A stretch of 45,114 bases of DNA from Candidatus Saccharimonadota bacterium (GCA_016234585.1 JACRBB010000027.1:1-45114), one strand, 5' to 3'; positions 18,374-27,821 are shown, numbered from the stretch's first letter. A program made the numbers and translations. Notes: generated by a model not told the origin, from the sequence alone.

Positions 18374-20461
18374 GTGGCAGAGAAGAAATACGAATTAGAG
18401 AAAGTGCGCAACATTGGCATTATTGCCCATATTGACGCCGGAAAAACTACTACCACAGAGGGGATTCTTTACCGTACCGGCTTAAAGCACAAGATTGGGG
18501 CGGTGCATGAGGGCGAAACCACTACCGACTGGATGGCCCAAGAAAAAGAACGTGGCATTACCATTACGGCCGCTGCGGTCACCTGTTTTTGGAAAGATCA
18601 CAAAATCAACATTATCGATACACCGGGTCACATTGACTTTACTGTCGAAGTGGAACGCTCACTGCGTGTATTAGATGGGGCTGTGACCGTGTTCGACGGT
18701 AAGATGGGCGTGGAATCTCAGTCCGAAACCGTTTGGCGTCAAGCCGACAAGTATGGCGTCCCGCGCATCTGTTTTATCAATAAAATCAACCAAACCGGCG
18801 GCGACTTTTATAAGAGCCTAGACAGCATTCACGCCAGACTAAGCAAACACGCTTTCCCAATCCATCTACCTATCGGGTTCGAGCAAGGCGTCAGTGGCAT
18901 AATTGACCTTATAAAAATGAAGAGCTACACCTACAAAGACTTTACCGATAAAGAGTTGGTTGAGGGCGAAGTCCCTGCCGATATGATGGACCAGGCCAAA
19001 AAATACCGCTCGCTTTTGGTAGAGAACGCTGTAGCCGAAGACGAGACAGTCATGGAAAAGTACTTCGAAGTCGGTGAAGACGGACTGTCTGAGGACGAAA
19101 TCAAGCAAGCTGTCCGTAGCGCCGTGCTTTCCGGTAAATTTTTCGTGGTATCCGGCGGTGACGGCCGCGGAGTGATAGTAGAGAAACTGCTAGATGCTGT
19201 TAATGATTTTCTTCCGAGCCCGCTGGACAGAGGCAGTACGTGGGGCGTAAACCCCAAGACTGGCGATGAAGTCGAGCGTAAGCCGGCTGGCGCCGAACCA
19301 TTCGTAGCTTTGGCCTTCAAGATCGCTACCGACCCGTTTGTAGGTAAACTGGCGTTTTTTAGGGTGTACTCCGGCAAGGTTCTAGCAGGTAGCTATATTT
19401 TAAACAGCTCAACGGGCGAAAAAGAGCGTGTTGGCCGAATTGTCAGAATGCACGCCGATAAACGTGAAGACGTAACTGAAGTTGAAGCTGGTGATATCGC
19501 CGCCATCGTTGGGCTAAAAGGTACCACCACCGGACACTCGTTGTGCGACCCAGCCAACCCGGTCATCTTAGAGAGTATCACCTTCCCTGAGCCGCCGGTC
19601 AGCATCGCCATTGAACCTAAGACCAAAGCCGACCAGGAAAAGATGGGCATCGCTTTGCAGCGACTAGCCGAGGAAGATCCGACCTTCCGCATCAAGGCCG
19701 ATCACGAAACCGGGCAGACAATCATTTCCGGCATGGGTGAGTTGCACCTAGAAATTATCGTAGACCGTATGAAGCGTGAGTTTACTGTGGAAGCCAACGT
19801 TGGCCAGCCGCAAGTGGCATACCGTGAAACCATCAGAAAAGACGCTGTTGAATCAGAAGGTAAATTTATTCGTCAAAGTGGCGGCCGTGGTCAGTACGGT
19901 CATGTCTGGATCCGTTTGAGTCAGAACGAGGCCGGTAAAGGCTTTGAGTTTATCAACAGTATCAAAGGTGGAGCTGTACCTAGCGAATATATCCCCGCTG
20001 TAAAATCCGGTATCGAAGAAGCCATGAGCAATGGTGTCATCGCCGGGTACCCCGTAGTAGATGTTATCGCCGAGCTTTACGACGGCAGTTACCACGATGT
20101 CGACTCTTCGGAAATGGCCTTTAAAATCGCCGGCTCCATGGCGCTACAAGACGGCGTTAAAAAAGCCTCGCCGGTTCTACTGGAACCAATCATGAAAGTG
20201 GTTGTGGTTACGCCAGAGTCTTCCATGGGCGACGTTATTGGTGATCTGAACAGCAAACGCGGCCGGGTGGAGAGCATTGACGATCTAGCTAATAACATCA
20301 AGCAGATAACCGCTTTTGTACCGCTTGGCGAAATGTTTGGTTACACCACTAACCTTCGCAGCATGACCCAGGGCCGGGCCAGCAGCTCCATGGAGCTTGA
20401 CCACTACGCCGATGTCCCGGGCAATGTGGCCCAAGAAATCATCGCTAAAACCAGCAAATAG
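18374..20461 (+). CDS. fusA: Elongation factor G
   Basis: [42 protein letters not shown]; atypical G4/G5. Confidence 0.98.
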   Translation: MAEKKYELEKVRNIGIIAHIDAGKTTTTEGILYRTGLKHKIGAVHEGETTTDWMAQEKERGITITAAAVTCFWKDHKINIIDTPGHIDFTVEVERSLRVLDGAVTVFDGKMGVESQSETVWRQADKYGVPRICFINKINQTGGDFYKSLDSIHARLSKHAFPIHLPIGFEQGVSGIIDLIKMKSYTYKDFTDKELVEGEVPADMMDQAKKYRSLLVENAVAEDETVMEKYFEVGEDGLSEDEIKQAVRSAVLSGKFFVVSGGDGRGVIVEKLLDAVNDFLPSPLDRGSTWGVNPKTGDEVERKPAGAEPFVALAFKIATDPFVGKLAFFRVYSGKVLAGSYILNSSTGEKERVGRIVRMHADKREDVTEVEAGDIAAIVGLKGTTTGHSLCDPANPVILESITFPEPPVSIAIEPKTKADQEKMGIALQRLAEEDPTFRIKADHETGQTIISGMGELHLEIIVDRMKREFTVEANVGQPQVAYRETIRKDAVESEGKFIRQSGGRGQYGHVWIRLSQNEAGKGFEFINSIKGGAVPSEYIPAVKSGIEEAMSNGVIAGYPVVDVIAELYDGSYHDVDSSEMAFKIAGSMALQDGVKKASPVLLEPIMKVVVVTPESSMGDVIGDLNSKRGRVESIDDLANNIKQITAFVPLGEMFGYTTNLRSMTQGRASSSMELDHYADVPGNVAQEIIAKTSK

Positions 20462-20467
20462 TAACGC

Positions 20468-20497
20468 TTGACACTCCTTAGGAACACTGATTAGATT
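20468..20497 (+). promoter_or_regulatory. Promoter for the FabD-like gene
   Basis: TTGACA(20468-73)-18 bp-TAGATT(20492-97). Confidence 0.55.
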
Positions 20498-20533
20498 AGG
20501 CGCATCAATAGATTTCGAGAAAATTCGGTTGCT

Positions 20534-21463
20534 GTGCTATCTCCTGGTCAGGGTGTCCAGCAGGCTGGTATGGGCGAGGCGATTTATAGAGCCTCTGACG
20601 ACGCCAAAGCTGTATATGAGGTTGCCAGTGAAGTTACGGGTGTCGATATAGCCGAAGTATGTTTTGGTAGTGAAACGGATAGGCTAGCCGAAACACTAGT
20701 AGCTCAACCCGCAATCGCCGCGGTTTCTATTTCTGAATATTATTATCTCAAAAAGCGTGGCTTTATGCCGGATGTTGGCATGGGGCATAGCATGGGCGAA
20801 ATACCGCTATTAGCTATGGTTGGGGCAGTATCGCTTAGAGATACATTTAAACTTCTTCAGGTACGAGCGACTGCCACATCTGAGGCTAGTAAAGAACGGC
20901 CCGGAATAATGGCCGCAGTAAGCGGACTAACAATCGAGGACGTTAAGTCGAAAACAGCAAATATTCTTGCTGGAGGTAGAACTGTGGTGGCCAATCTGAA
21001 CAGCACCTACCAACAAGTTTTTAGCGGTGACCATAAACCTATGCATGAGCTGGAGGAGCTAATCAGAAATCTGAGGGTGACTGATAGAATCAAGGTAAAA
21101 TATACAGAACTTCGAACTGGTGGAGCATTTCACTCGCCTTATCATATGGAGAACGCTGTTGGAGCGTTTCATGATGCCGCGCAGTCTGTAACCCTTTTGG
21201 TCCCTGAATTTGATCTAATGCTTAATAATGCCACGTATTTGAGTGAAGTCGGGCTGTCAAATCTGCCAGCGTATCTAAGTCAGCAGCTGGTTAGCGGGGT
21301 TAATTTTACGGGCGGAGTAGAGAGGCTGGTAGATGACGGCGTGACTAACTTTGTTGAAGTCGGTTCAAGTAACAGTTCGGCGAAGTATAAAACTCTTTCA
21401 GGATTAATTAAACGTGATTTTGCCGACAGGGTACACATCTTAGAGGTTAAAGAAATAGAATAG
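20534..21463 (+). CDS. fabD: Malonyl-CoA:ACP transacylase (FabD)-like acyltransferase; true start may be upstream (ATC 20504)
   Basis: PGQGxQ, AQPAI, GHSMGE catalytic Ser, conserved Arg (LLQVR), ANxN..QxVxSG, AFHS, FVEVG. Confidence 0.85.
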   Translation: MLSPGQGVQQAGMGEAIYRASDDAKAVYEVASEVTGVDIAEVCFGSETDRLAETLVAQPAIAAVSISEYYYLKKRGFMPDVGMGHSMGEIPLLAMVGAVSLRDTFKLLQVRATATSEASKERPGIMAAVSGLTIEDVKSKTANILAGGRTVVANLNSTYQQVFSGDHKPMHELEELIRNLRVTDRIKVKYTELRTGGAFHSPYHMENAVGAFHDAAQSVTLLVPEFDLMLNNATYLSEVGLSNLPAYLSQQLVSGVNFTGGVERLVDDGVTNFVEVGSSNSSAKYKTLSGLIKRDFADRVHILEVKEIE

Positions 21464-21505
21464 TAGCCAAAAGTTAGACAAAAAACTCAAGTCAAAAGTT
21501 AACAC

Positions 21506-21535
21506 TTTACAACAGGCACATGTTTACCTTATAAT
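21506..21535 (+). promoter_or_regulatory. tuf promoter
   Basis: TTTACA-18 bp-TATAAT; leader hairpin and AGGAG SD downstream. Confidence 0.65.
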
Positions 21536-21621
21536 TGTCAGGTATTGCAGTGTGGGTTGTCTATTTAGTACGCCCATGCTCTCATTAAATCAATAAATCT
21601 TTATAGTAGGAGTCACACTAA

Positions 21622-22806
21622 ATGGCAGATCAATTCGACCGCAGCAAACCACACGTCAACGTTGGCACAATGGGCCACGTCGACCACGGAAAAACCAGCT
21701 TAACTGCTGCTATTACTTCTGTGCTTGCCAAAAAAATGCCAAGCAGCATTAACAAACCCGTCAAATATGACGAAATCGACAAAGCCCCGGAAGAAAAAGC
21801 CCGCGGTATCACCATCGCTACCTCACACCAGGAGTACGAGAGTGAAAAGCGTCACTACGCCCACGTTGATATGCCTGGCCACGCCGACTACATCAAGAAC
21901 ATGATTACCGGCGCCGCTCAGATTGACGGTGCTATTTTGGTTGTATCCGCTGCCGATGGCCCAATGCCTCAGACCCGCGAGCACGTGCTGCTTGCCAAGC
22001 AGGTCGGTGTGCCTTCTATCCTGGTATTTCTTAACAAGATGGACTTGGCCGATCCAGAATTGGTCGAGTTAGTCGAGGATGATGTCCGGGAACTTCTGGC
22101 TAAATATGACTTTGACCGCGAGGCTCCTATTATAAAAGGTTCCGCTACTAAGGCTATCGAAGGCGACGCTGCCAACGAAGACGCCATCATGGAACTCATC
22201 AAAGCTATGGATGATTACATCCCAGAGCCAAAGCGCGACCTAGACAAGCCGTTTCTTATGCCTGTCGAGGATGTCTTTTCCATCAAGGGCCGCGGCACAG
22301 TTGCCACCGGCCGAGTCGAGCAAGGTGTAGTAAAAGTTAACGAAGAAATTGAAATAGTCGGTATCCGCCCAACCAAGAAGACCGTCGTAACTGGTGTAGA
22401 GATGTTCAAGAAGAATCTAGATCAAGGCCAGGCCGGCGATAACGTTGGTATCTTGCTTCGTGGTGTAGAACGAGACGACATCGAACGAGGTCAAGTGCTT
22501 TGCAAGCCGGGTTCTATTACGCCTCACACAGAATTTGATAGCGAAGTCTACATTCTCACCAAAGAAGAGGGCGGCCGCCACACACCATTCTTCAAAGGCT
22601 ACAAGCCGCAGTTTTACTTCCGAACGACCGATGTAACCGGCGAAGTTGAGCTGCCAGCCGACAAAGAGATGGTTATGCCAGGCGACACCGTAACATTTAA
22701 GGTTAAACTTCTTGCCCCGATCGCTATGGACCAGGGCCTTCGCTTTGCTATCCGAGAAGGTGGCCGTACTGTCGGCGCCGGTGTAGTAACCAAAATCGTT
22801 AAATAA
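21622..22806 (+). CDS. tuf: Elongation factor Tu
   Basis: [36 protein letters not shown]. Confidence 0.99.
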   Translation: MADQFDRSKPHVNVGTMGHVDHGKTSLTAAITSVLAKKMPSSINKPVKYDEIDKAPEEKARGITIATSHQEYESEKRHYAHVDMPGHADYIKNMITGAAQIDGAILVVSAADGPMPQTREHVLLAKQVGVPSILVFLNKMDLADPELVELVEDDVRELLAKYDFDREAPIIKGSATKAIEGDAANEDAIMELIKAMDDYIPEPKRDLDKPFLMPVEDVFSIKGRGTVATGRVEQGVVKVNEEIEIVGIRPTKKTVVTGVEMFKKNLDQGQAGDNVGILLRGVERDDIERGQVLCKPGSITPHTEFDSEVYILTKEEGGRHTPFFKGYKPQFYFRTTDVTGEVELPADKEMVMPGDTVTFKVKLLAPIAMDQGLRFAIREGGRTVGAGVVTKIVK

Positions 22807-22809
22807 TAT

Positions 22810-23061
22810 ATGTCTCGTAACTTCAACGAATTACCAACTAACAGCAATCGCAGACAATGGGTCGCAAGTAAGCTGTCTGACATAGCCCTCCTAGAAAGAG
22901 GCGAGGCGTCAGCTATTGTGATGTACGGTATAGCATCAGATGATGGCAAAAAGGGTCGGCTCGTTACGCGTGAAGAAGCTCCTGAAGTGGACATGCGCTT
23001 GAGAGAAAGACTTTCAGGTGAATTTCCCGAGCTTTCGTTGATAGGGCATAACATAGATTAA
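22810..23061 (+). CDS. Hypothetical protein (83 aa) inserted between tuf and rpsJ
   Basis: ATG 3 nt after the tuf stop; stop 1 nt before rpsJ; fills the whole gap. Confidence 0.7.
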   Translation: MSRNFNELPTNSNRRQWVASKLSDIALLERGEASAIVMYGIASDDGKKGRLVTREEAPEVDMRLRERLSGEFPELSLIGHNID

Positions 23062-23062
23062 T

Positions 23063-23404
23063 ATGGCAGACACAACTAAAAAAACAGCTACACCAGAAGT
23101 CAAGCAACGAATACGCATTCGCTTAAAGGCTTATGACCACAAAGTTATTGATCAATCTGCTAAGCAGATTGTAGAAACAGCACTTCGGACTGGCGCCAAT
23201 ATTTCCGGACCGATTCCTTTGCCGACCCGTAAGAGTACGTTTACCGTAGTTAAAAGCCCGCACGTCTACAAAAAAGGCCGGGAACAGTTTGAAATGCGAG
23301 TCCACAAACGTCTGATTGATATTAGCGACCCCACACCAAAAACTATCGATAGCTTGATGAACCTCTCGCTTCCCGCGGGCTGTGATGCCGAAATAAAAAT
23401 GTAG
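23063..23404 (+). CDS. rpsJ: 30S ribosomal protein S10
   Basis: [32 protein letters not shown]. Confidence 0.98.
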   Translation: MADTTKKTATPEVKQRIRIRLKAYDHKVIDQSAKQIVETALRTGANISGPIPLPTRKSTFTVVKSPHVYKKGREQFEMRVHKRLIDISDPTPKTIDSLMNLSLPAGCDAEIKM

Positions 23405-23410
23405 CTTAAA

Positions 23411-23436
23411 AAGCCGCCCAATCCGGGCGGTTTTTT
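23411..23436 (+). terminator. Intrinsic terminator after rpsJ
   Basis: GCCGCCC-AATCC-GGGCGGT followed by a T-run. Confidence 0.85.
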
Positions 23437-23450
23437 GGTACCATGGTTTC

Positions 23451-23924
23451 GTGAAGAAGGTTAATGTAGCCGGAGAAAAAACCGACATGCGGCGTGGTGT
23501 TGACCATATTGGCGTGACGGTTTGTTTTGTGGTGCATGATGGTGCCGGTAATGTGCTTTTACAAAAACGCAGTCAACAGTGCCGTGACGAAAAGGGCCAC
23601 TGGGATATTGGCGGAGGCGCGCTTGAGTTTGGTGAAACAATCCAGGACGCTGTGCGCCGTGAGGTCTACGAGGAGCTGCTTGTCGATGTACTTGCATTAG
23701 AATTTCTTTTCTCATTCGAGGCCTTGCGTGATAATAACGGCATTCCAACTCACTGGATAGCTATGTCTCACGCTGTAAAAGTTGACCCTGCTAAGGTAAA
23801 AATTGGTGAACCGCGAAAAATTGACAAAATCGGTTGGTTCACTACCAAGAACTTGCCTAAACCACTGCATTCACAGATGAAGAAATCGTTAGACAGGGCT
23901 AAGGCCGAGGGGATAATAAAGTAA
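23451..23924 (+). CDS. Nudix hydrolase
   Basis: Nudix box [34 protein letters not shown]. Confidence 0.92.
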   Translation: MKKVNVAGEKTDMRRGVDHIGVTVCFVVHDGAGNVLLQKRSQQCRDEKGHWDIGGGALEFGETIQDAVRREVYEELLVDVLALEFLFSFEALRDNNGIPTHWIAMSHAVKVDPAKVKIGEPRKIDKIGWFTTKNLPKPLHSQMKKSLDRAKAEGIIK

Positions 23925-23966
23925 CTGATACTTTGGCTCGCGGAAAGTTGTAGTAAAATAACAGTT

Positions 23967-24227
23967 ATGGCTAATAAGAAAAAGAACGAACTAGATAGCG
24001 TCTACCTACTTAAGCTGATTTTATATCTTGTAATCGGCTCGCAGTGGTTAAAAATCGTTACTAAAACTGGGGCGCAGATACCCATCCCGGTAGGAGCCTT
24101 ACTGGCAGTGCTATTTGCCAGCCACGATCACTTTCAGATCGACAGAAAAATCGAGTACGCAGTCTTGCTAGTTGCTATGTTCATGGGTTTTTGGCTGCCG
24201 CTTGGTGCTCAACTGACCCTACATTAG
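23967..24227 (+). CDS. Small membrane protein (about 3 TM)
   Basis: 86 aa, hydrophobic segments around a HDHFQIDRKIEY loop; -10 TAAAAT 7 nt upstream. Confidence 0.75.
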   Translation: MANKKKNELDSVYLLKLILYLVIGSQWLKIVTKTGAQIPIPVGALLAVLFASHDHFQIDRKIEYAVLLVAMFMGFWLPLGAQLTLH

Positions 24228-24257
24228 ATCTCGAACGTTTGTAATATTTGCAACAGA

Positions 24258-24287
24258 TTGACAGATGTAGTGACAGCGTGGTAATCT
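24258..24287 (+). promoter_or_regulatory. rplC operon promoter
   Basis: TTGACA-18 bp-TGn-TAATCT. Confidence 0.7.
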
Positions 24288-24292
24288 GTTAT

Positions 24293-24396
24293 GGTATATC
24301 GGCTCGGGACCTTGGTTTAATGGGCAAGTCTGCCACGATCTACAGTGGTAGATACTACCCAACCAAGTATGTTTTAGGTTGTATATCAAATTTTTA
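24293..24396 (+). ncRNA. Candidate structured leader RNA of the rplC operon
   Basis: Long GU-rich basal helix, CTTGGTT/AACCAAG stem, two inner hairpins GGCA/TGCC and ATCTAC/GTAGAT, then a T-run. Confidence 0.45.
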
Positions 24397-24433
24397 GATT
24401 GATTGGCAAGTAAAGAAAGGCTAAGTCTTTAGG

Positions 24434-25045
24434 GTGAAAGCTCTTATAACACGCAAACTGGGAATGACCAGCGTCATAACGGAAGATGGCGCCTCTATTG
24501 CTGTTACCCTACTTTCAGCCGAGCCGAATGTCATCACCCAAGTCAAAACCAGTGAAATTGATGGTTACAAGGCAGTCCAGCAAGGTTTTGAGTTCAGTAA
24601 AAAACTCGCCAAGCCGCAGATAGGACACTCTAAGGCCGCTAAAGCTACGCCAAAGATTGTCCGCGAGTTTAGAATCAATGAAATTACAGATGAAACGAAG
24701 GTCGGCGAAAAGTTAAGCGTCGACCTTTTTAGTGTGGGCGATACGATTGACGCCACAGGCATAAGTAAGGGTAAGGGTTTTGCCGGCACCATTAAGCGCC
24801 ACAACTTTCACCGAGGCCGCAAGACGCATGGTGGGCGCAGCTACCGCCGCCCCGGTTCCATTGGTTCGATGTATCCCCAAAAAATCTTTAAGGGCAAGAA
24901 AATGGCTGGCCGGATGGGCCACGACCAAGTTACTACTAAAGGCCTAAAAATCGCGTTGGTTGAGCCTGAGTTAAACGTCATTGGCGTTACTGGAGCCGTT
25001 CCGGGTCCTAAAAAAGGCATCGTGTTGATAAAGGAGGCTAAGTAG
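24434..25045 (+). CDS. rplC: 50S ribosomal protein L3
   Basis: KLGMT, SKGKGFAG, RRPGSIG, KKMAGRMG, GAVPG. Confidence 0.98.
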   Translation: MKALITRKLGMTSVITEDGASIAVTLLSAEPNVITQVKTSEIDGYKAVQQGFEFSKKLAKPQIGHSKAAKATPKIVREFRINEITDETKVGEKLSVDLFSVGDTIDATGISKGKGFAGTIKRHNFHRGRKTHGGRSYRRPGSIGSMYPQKIFKGKKMAGRMGHDQVTTKGLKIALVEPELNVIGVTGAVPGPKKGIVLIKEAK

Positions 25046-25687
25046 ATGGCCGTGGCTACTTACACCAAAGCCGGAGCTAAAGCCACCACACCGGCCAAGC
25101 TGGAAAAGAAGGTTTTTGGAATTGACGTTAAGAACCATGATCTTCTAAAAGATGCCTATTTGGCCTACTTGGCAAACGGCCGGACAAACTTGGCCATCAC
25201 AAAAAAACGGGGTGAGGTAAGAGGTGGCGGTAAGAAGCCATGGCGCCAAAAAGGCACCGGTCGGGCTCGATTTGGTTCTAGCCGTAACCCGATTTGGCGC
25301 GGTGGTGGCGTTGCTTTTGGTCCCACCGGCAATGAAAACTATACCCGCAAACTGAGCCTGGCCACCAAGCACCAGGCGCTACGCCAAGCATTAAGCCTGG
25401 CTGCTAAAGAAGATCGGCTTAAAATCATCGAAACCTTCGCGTACATGGAAGGCAAAACCAAAGACATGGTTAGTTTCCTTGATAAAATCGATGCCAAAGG
25501 CAACGTGTTGTGTGTTGTTAGCGTGAAAGACGCATCCAAGGAACGCGCAGCTCAAAACATCGCCGAACTCAAGGTAAGCTCTGCTAAATATTTAAATGTT
25601 TTTGATGTGCTGAATGCTGACTGTATCGTAATGAGCCGTAAGGCGTTAGAAACAGTCCAAGCCTGGTTAGGTGGTAAGAATGAGTAA
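25046..25687 (+). CDS. rplD: 50S ribosomal protein L4
   Basis: RGEVRGGGKKPWRQKGTGRAR, WRGGGVAFGP. Confidence 0.98.
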   Translation: MAVATYTKAGAKATTPAKLEKKVFGIDVKNHDLLKDAYLAYLANGRTNLAITKKRGEVRGGGKKPWRQKGTGRARFGSSRNPIWRGGGVAFGPTGNENYTRKLSLATKHQALRQALSLAAKEDRLKIIETFAYMEGKTKDMVSFLDKIDAKGNVLCVVSVKDASKERAAQNIAELKVSSAKYLNVFDVLNADCIVMSRKALETVQAWLGGKNE

Positions 25688-26021
25688 GTCTGTAACCCTT
25701 CGCCCGCGAATGAGCGAGAAAACCTACGCTCTCAGCGAGGAACGTAACACCTATGTCTTTGAGATTCCTACCGACGCTAACAAACATACTGTCGCCAGAG
25801 CCGTGGCCGCGCAATTCGAAGTTACTGTAAACGGGGTCAGAATAGCTAAAACTCCCGGTAAATCCAGACGAAGTTACCGCAGAGGCGGTCGTGTTGTCCG
25901 TAAGGGCATGACATCGGGTGTTAAAAAAGCCTACGTTACCCTAAAGTCCGGCGACAAAATACCTATCTTCACTGCTGCTACTGAGGCCGCAGAAAAAGCC
26001 GAAGCCAAGGAGAAGAAATAA
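25680..26021 (+). CDS. rplW: 50S ribosomal protein L23
   Basis: PRMSEKT, YVFEI...ANK, KKAYVTL; operon position. Confidence 0.95.
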   Translation: MSKSVTLRPRMSEKTYALSEERNTYVFEIPTDANKHTVARAVAAQFEVTVNGVRIAKTPGKSRRSYRRGGRVVRKGMTSGVKKAYVTLKSGDKIPIFTAATEAAEKAEAKEKK

Positions 26022-26854
26022 TGGCTATCAATAGTTATAAGCCTACAACTCCAGCCCGGCGCGGTATGACCAGCCAGGATTTTGAAAGTATCACTACTAA
26101 TAAGCCGCTGCGCAGCCTAACCGTCATCAAAAAAGGCCCGGTGGCCCGCAATAACCAGGGTCGGATCACTACTCGCCATCGTGGAGGTGGCGTAAGGCGT
26201 TATTACCGCATAATGAACTTTAAGTTCGCCCCGGGCAAAGCTACGGTTGAGCAGATTGAGTATGACCCCAACCGCAGCGCCAGAATCGCGCGTATCAAAG
26301 ATGATTCCGGCCGCTACCATTACATTTTGGCTGCTAAAGGTATGAAAGTCGGCACCAAGCTAAATTCGGGCGAGGAATCCCCGATTGAGACAGGCAACCG
26401 GTTACCGCTTAAGAACATACCGACCGGTACCGTAATGCATGCTATCGAGCTTCAGCCTGGACGCGGTGCTCAGATGGTTCGTACTGCTGGCGCGGGCGCC
26501 CAGTTGCTGGCTAAAGAAGAAGATTATGTCCAGGTGCGCCTGCCTAGTGGTGAGGTGCGCTTAATAAACGCGAACTGCACAGCCAGCATTGGTACCGTAG
26601 GTAACGAGCAGCACCAGAACGTTCAAATCGGCAAAGCCGGCCGCAAGCGTCATATGGGCATACGCCCCAGTGTCCGCGGTGTGGTTATGGCTGCAGCCGA
26701 CCACCCTCACGGTGGTGGAGATGGCGGCCGTCACCGTATGGCTCGTCCGCCTACGACTCCTTGGGGCCAAAAGACTTTGGGCTACAAGACTCGCCGCCGC
26801 AAGACCAGCAATAAGTTTATTGTTCGTACCAGACACCAAGGAAAGAGGAGATAG
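26021..26854 (+). CDS. rplB: 50S ribosomal protein L2
   Basis: RNNQGRIT, EYDPNRSA, LPSGE, DHPHGGG. Confidence 0.98.
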   Translation: MAINSYKPTTPARRGMTSQDFESITTNKPLRSLTVIKKGPVARNNQGRITTRHRGGGVRRYYRIMNFKFAPGKATVEQIEYDPNRSARIARIKDDSGRYHYILAAKGMKVGTKLNSGEESPIETGNRLPLKNIPTGTVMHAIELQPGRGAQMVRTAGAGAQLLAKEEDYVQVRLPSGEVRLINANCTASIGTVGNEQHQNVQIGKAGRKRHMGIRPSVRGVVMAAADHPHGGGDGGRHRMARPPTTPWGQKTLGYKTRRRKTSNKFIVRTRHQGKRR

Positions 26855-26856
26855 AA

Positions 26857-27141
26857 ATGTCAGGATTACCAAGCTACAACGTATATGGCTCGGAAAGAGA
26901 GCTAGGCAGAGGCGAATTCCCCCTTTCTCCTGCTGAAGTAGGATATTCGGCAGGCATTGATGATACTCTCGAAGAACTGAGAGGAAATGAAGGTGGCGAA
27001 AGACAACTAGAAGTTCCCAAAGACCCGCACTTACTTAGCCGTGAGGATTTTGATTTAGGTTATGGTAGAGGTCGCTCAGAAACCATGCGTGTTTTAGCAA
27101 CTGTAGCATTAGCTAAAGGACTAGGAGCTGGGGAGGAATAG
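26857..27141 (+). CDS. Hypothetical acidic protein (94 aa) inserted between rplB and rpsS
   Basis: ATG 2 nt after the rplB stop, with GAGGAG SD in the rplB tail; its own tail carries GGAGG before rpsS. Confidence 0.75.
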   Translation: MSGLPSYNVYGSERELGRGEFPLSPAEVGYSAGIDDTLEELRGNEGGERQLEVPKDPHLLSREDFDLGYGRGRSETMRVLATVALAKGLGAGEE

Positions 27142-27144
27142 TTT

Positions 27145-27429
27145 ATGTCTAGAAGTTTAAAAAAGGGACCTTTTGTAGATCCCAAATTAGCTAAAAAAGT
27201 TGCCGCTTTAGGCTCTGATGACAGAAGCGTTATAAAAACTTGGGCTAGGGCCAGCACCATACCTCCGGAATTCGTTGGCCGGACTATCGCTGTGCATAAC
27301 GGCAAGGTGCATGTGCCGGTGTTCGTTACCGAAAATATGGTTGGGCATAAGCTTGGCGAGTTTTCACCGACTCGCAAATTTAGGTCCCACGGTGGAAAAT
27401 TGGCTAAGAGCCAAGGAGAAAGAGGCTAA
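27145..27429 (+). CDS. rpsS: 30S ribosomal protein S19
   Basis: [23 protein letters not shown]. Confidence 0.98.
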   Translation: MSRSLKKGPFVDPKLAKKVAALGSDDRSVIKTWARASTIPPEFVGRTIAVHNGKVHVPVFVTENMVGHKLGEFSPTRKFRSHGGKLAKSQGERG

Positions 27430-27431
27430 TC

Positions 27432-27821
27432 ATGTCGGTCAAAGCTTTATCAAAAAGTGTACGCATGAGCCCGCGTAAAGTCGGTGTTGTTGCCGCTTTG
27501 GTCCGTGGTCGGACAGTGGCTGACGCCCTGACAATCCTTGAAAATACTCCGCGCCGCTCAGCTTTGGCGGTTAAAAACACCGTAAAAAGCGCCAAAGCTA
27601 ACGCCGAGCACAACCACGGATATAAACCCGACACGCTAGTAATAACCGAAATCAGTGTCACACCCGGCCCGCGTTTTAAGCGATACCGTCCGGCAGCCCG
27701 CGGCCGAGCCCTGCCGTTCGAGCGCAAAACCAGCCACATACGCGTGGTCGTGGATGGTGAAAGACGCGTTTCTAAAAAGGCGTCCACTAAAGCTATTGAG
27801 CCCGCGAAGGAGACCAAATAA
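27432..27821 (+). CDS. rplV: 50S ribosomal protein L22
   Basis: SPRKV, KSAKANA, PAARGRA, TSHI. Confidence 0.97.
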   Translation: MSVKALSKSVRMSPRKVGVVAALVRGRTVADALTILENTPRRSALAVKNTVKSAKANAEHNHGYKPDTLVITEISVTPGPRFKRYRPAARGRALPFERKTSHIRVVVDGERRVSKKASTKAIEPAKETK

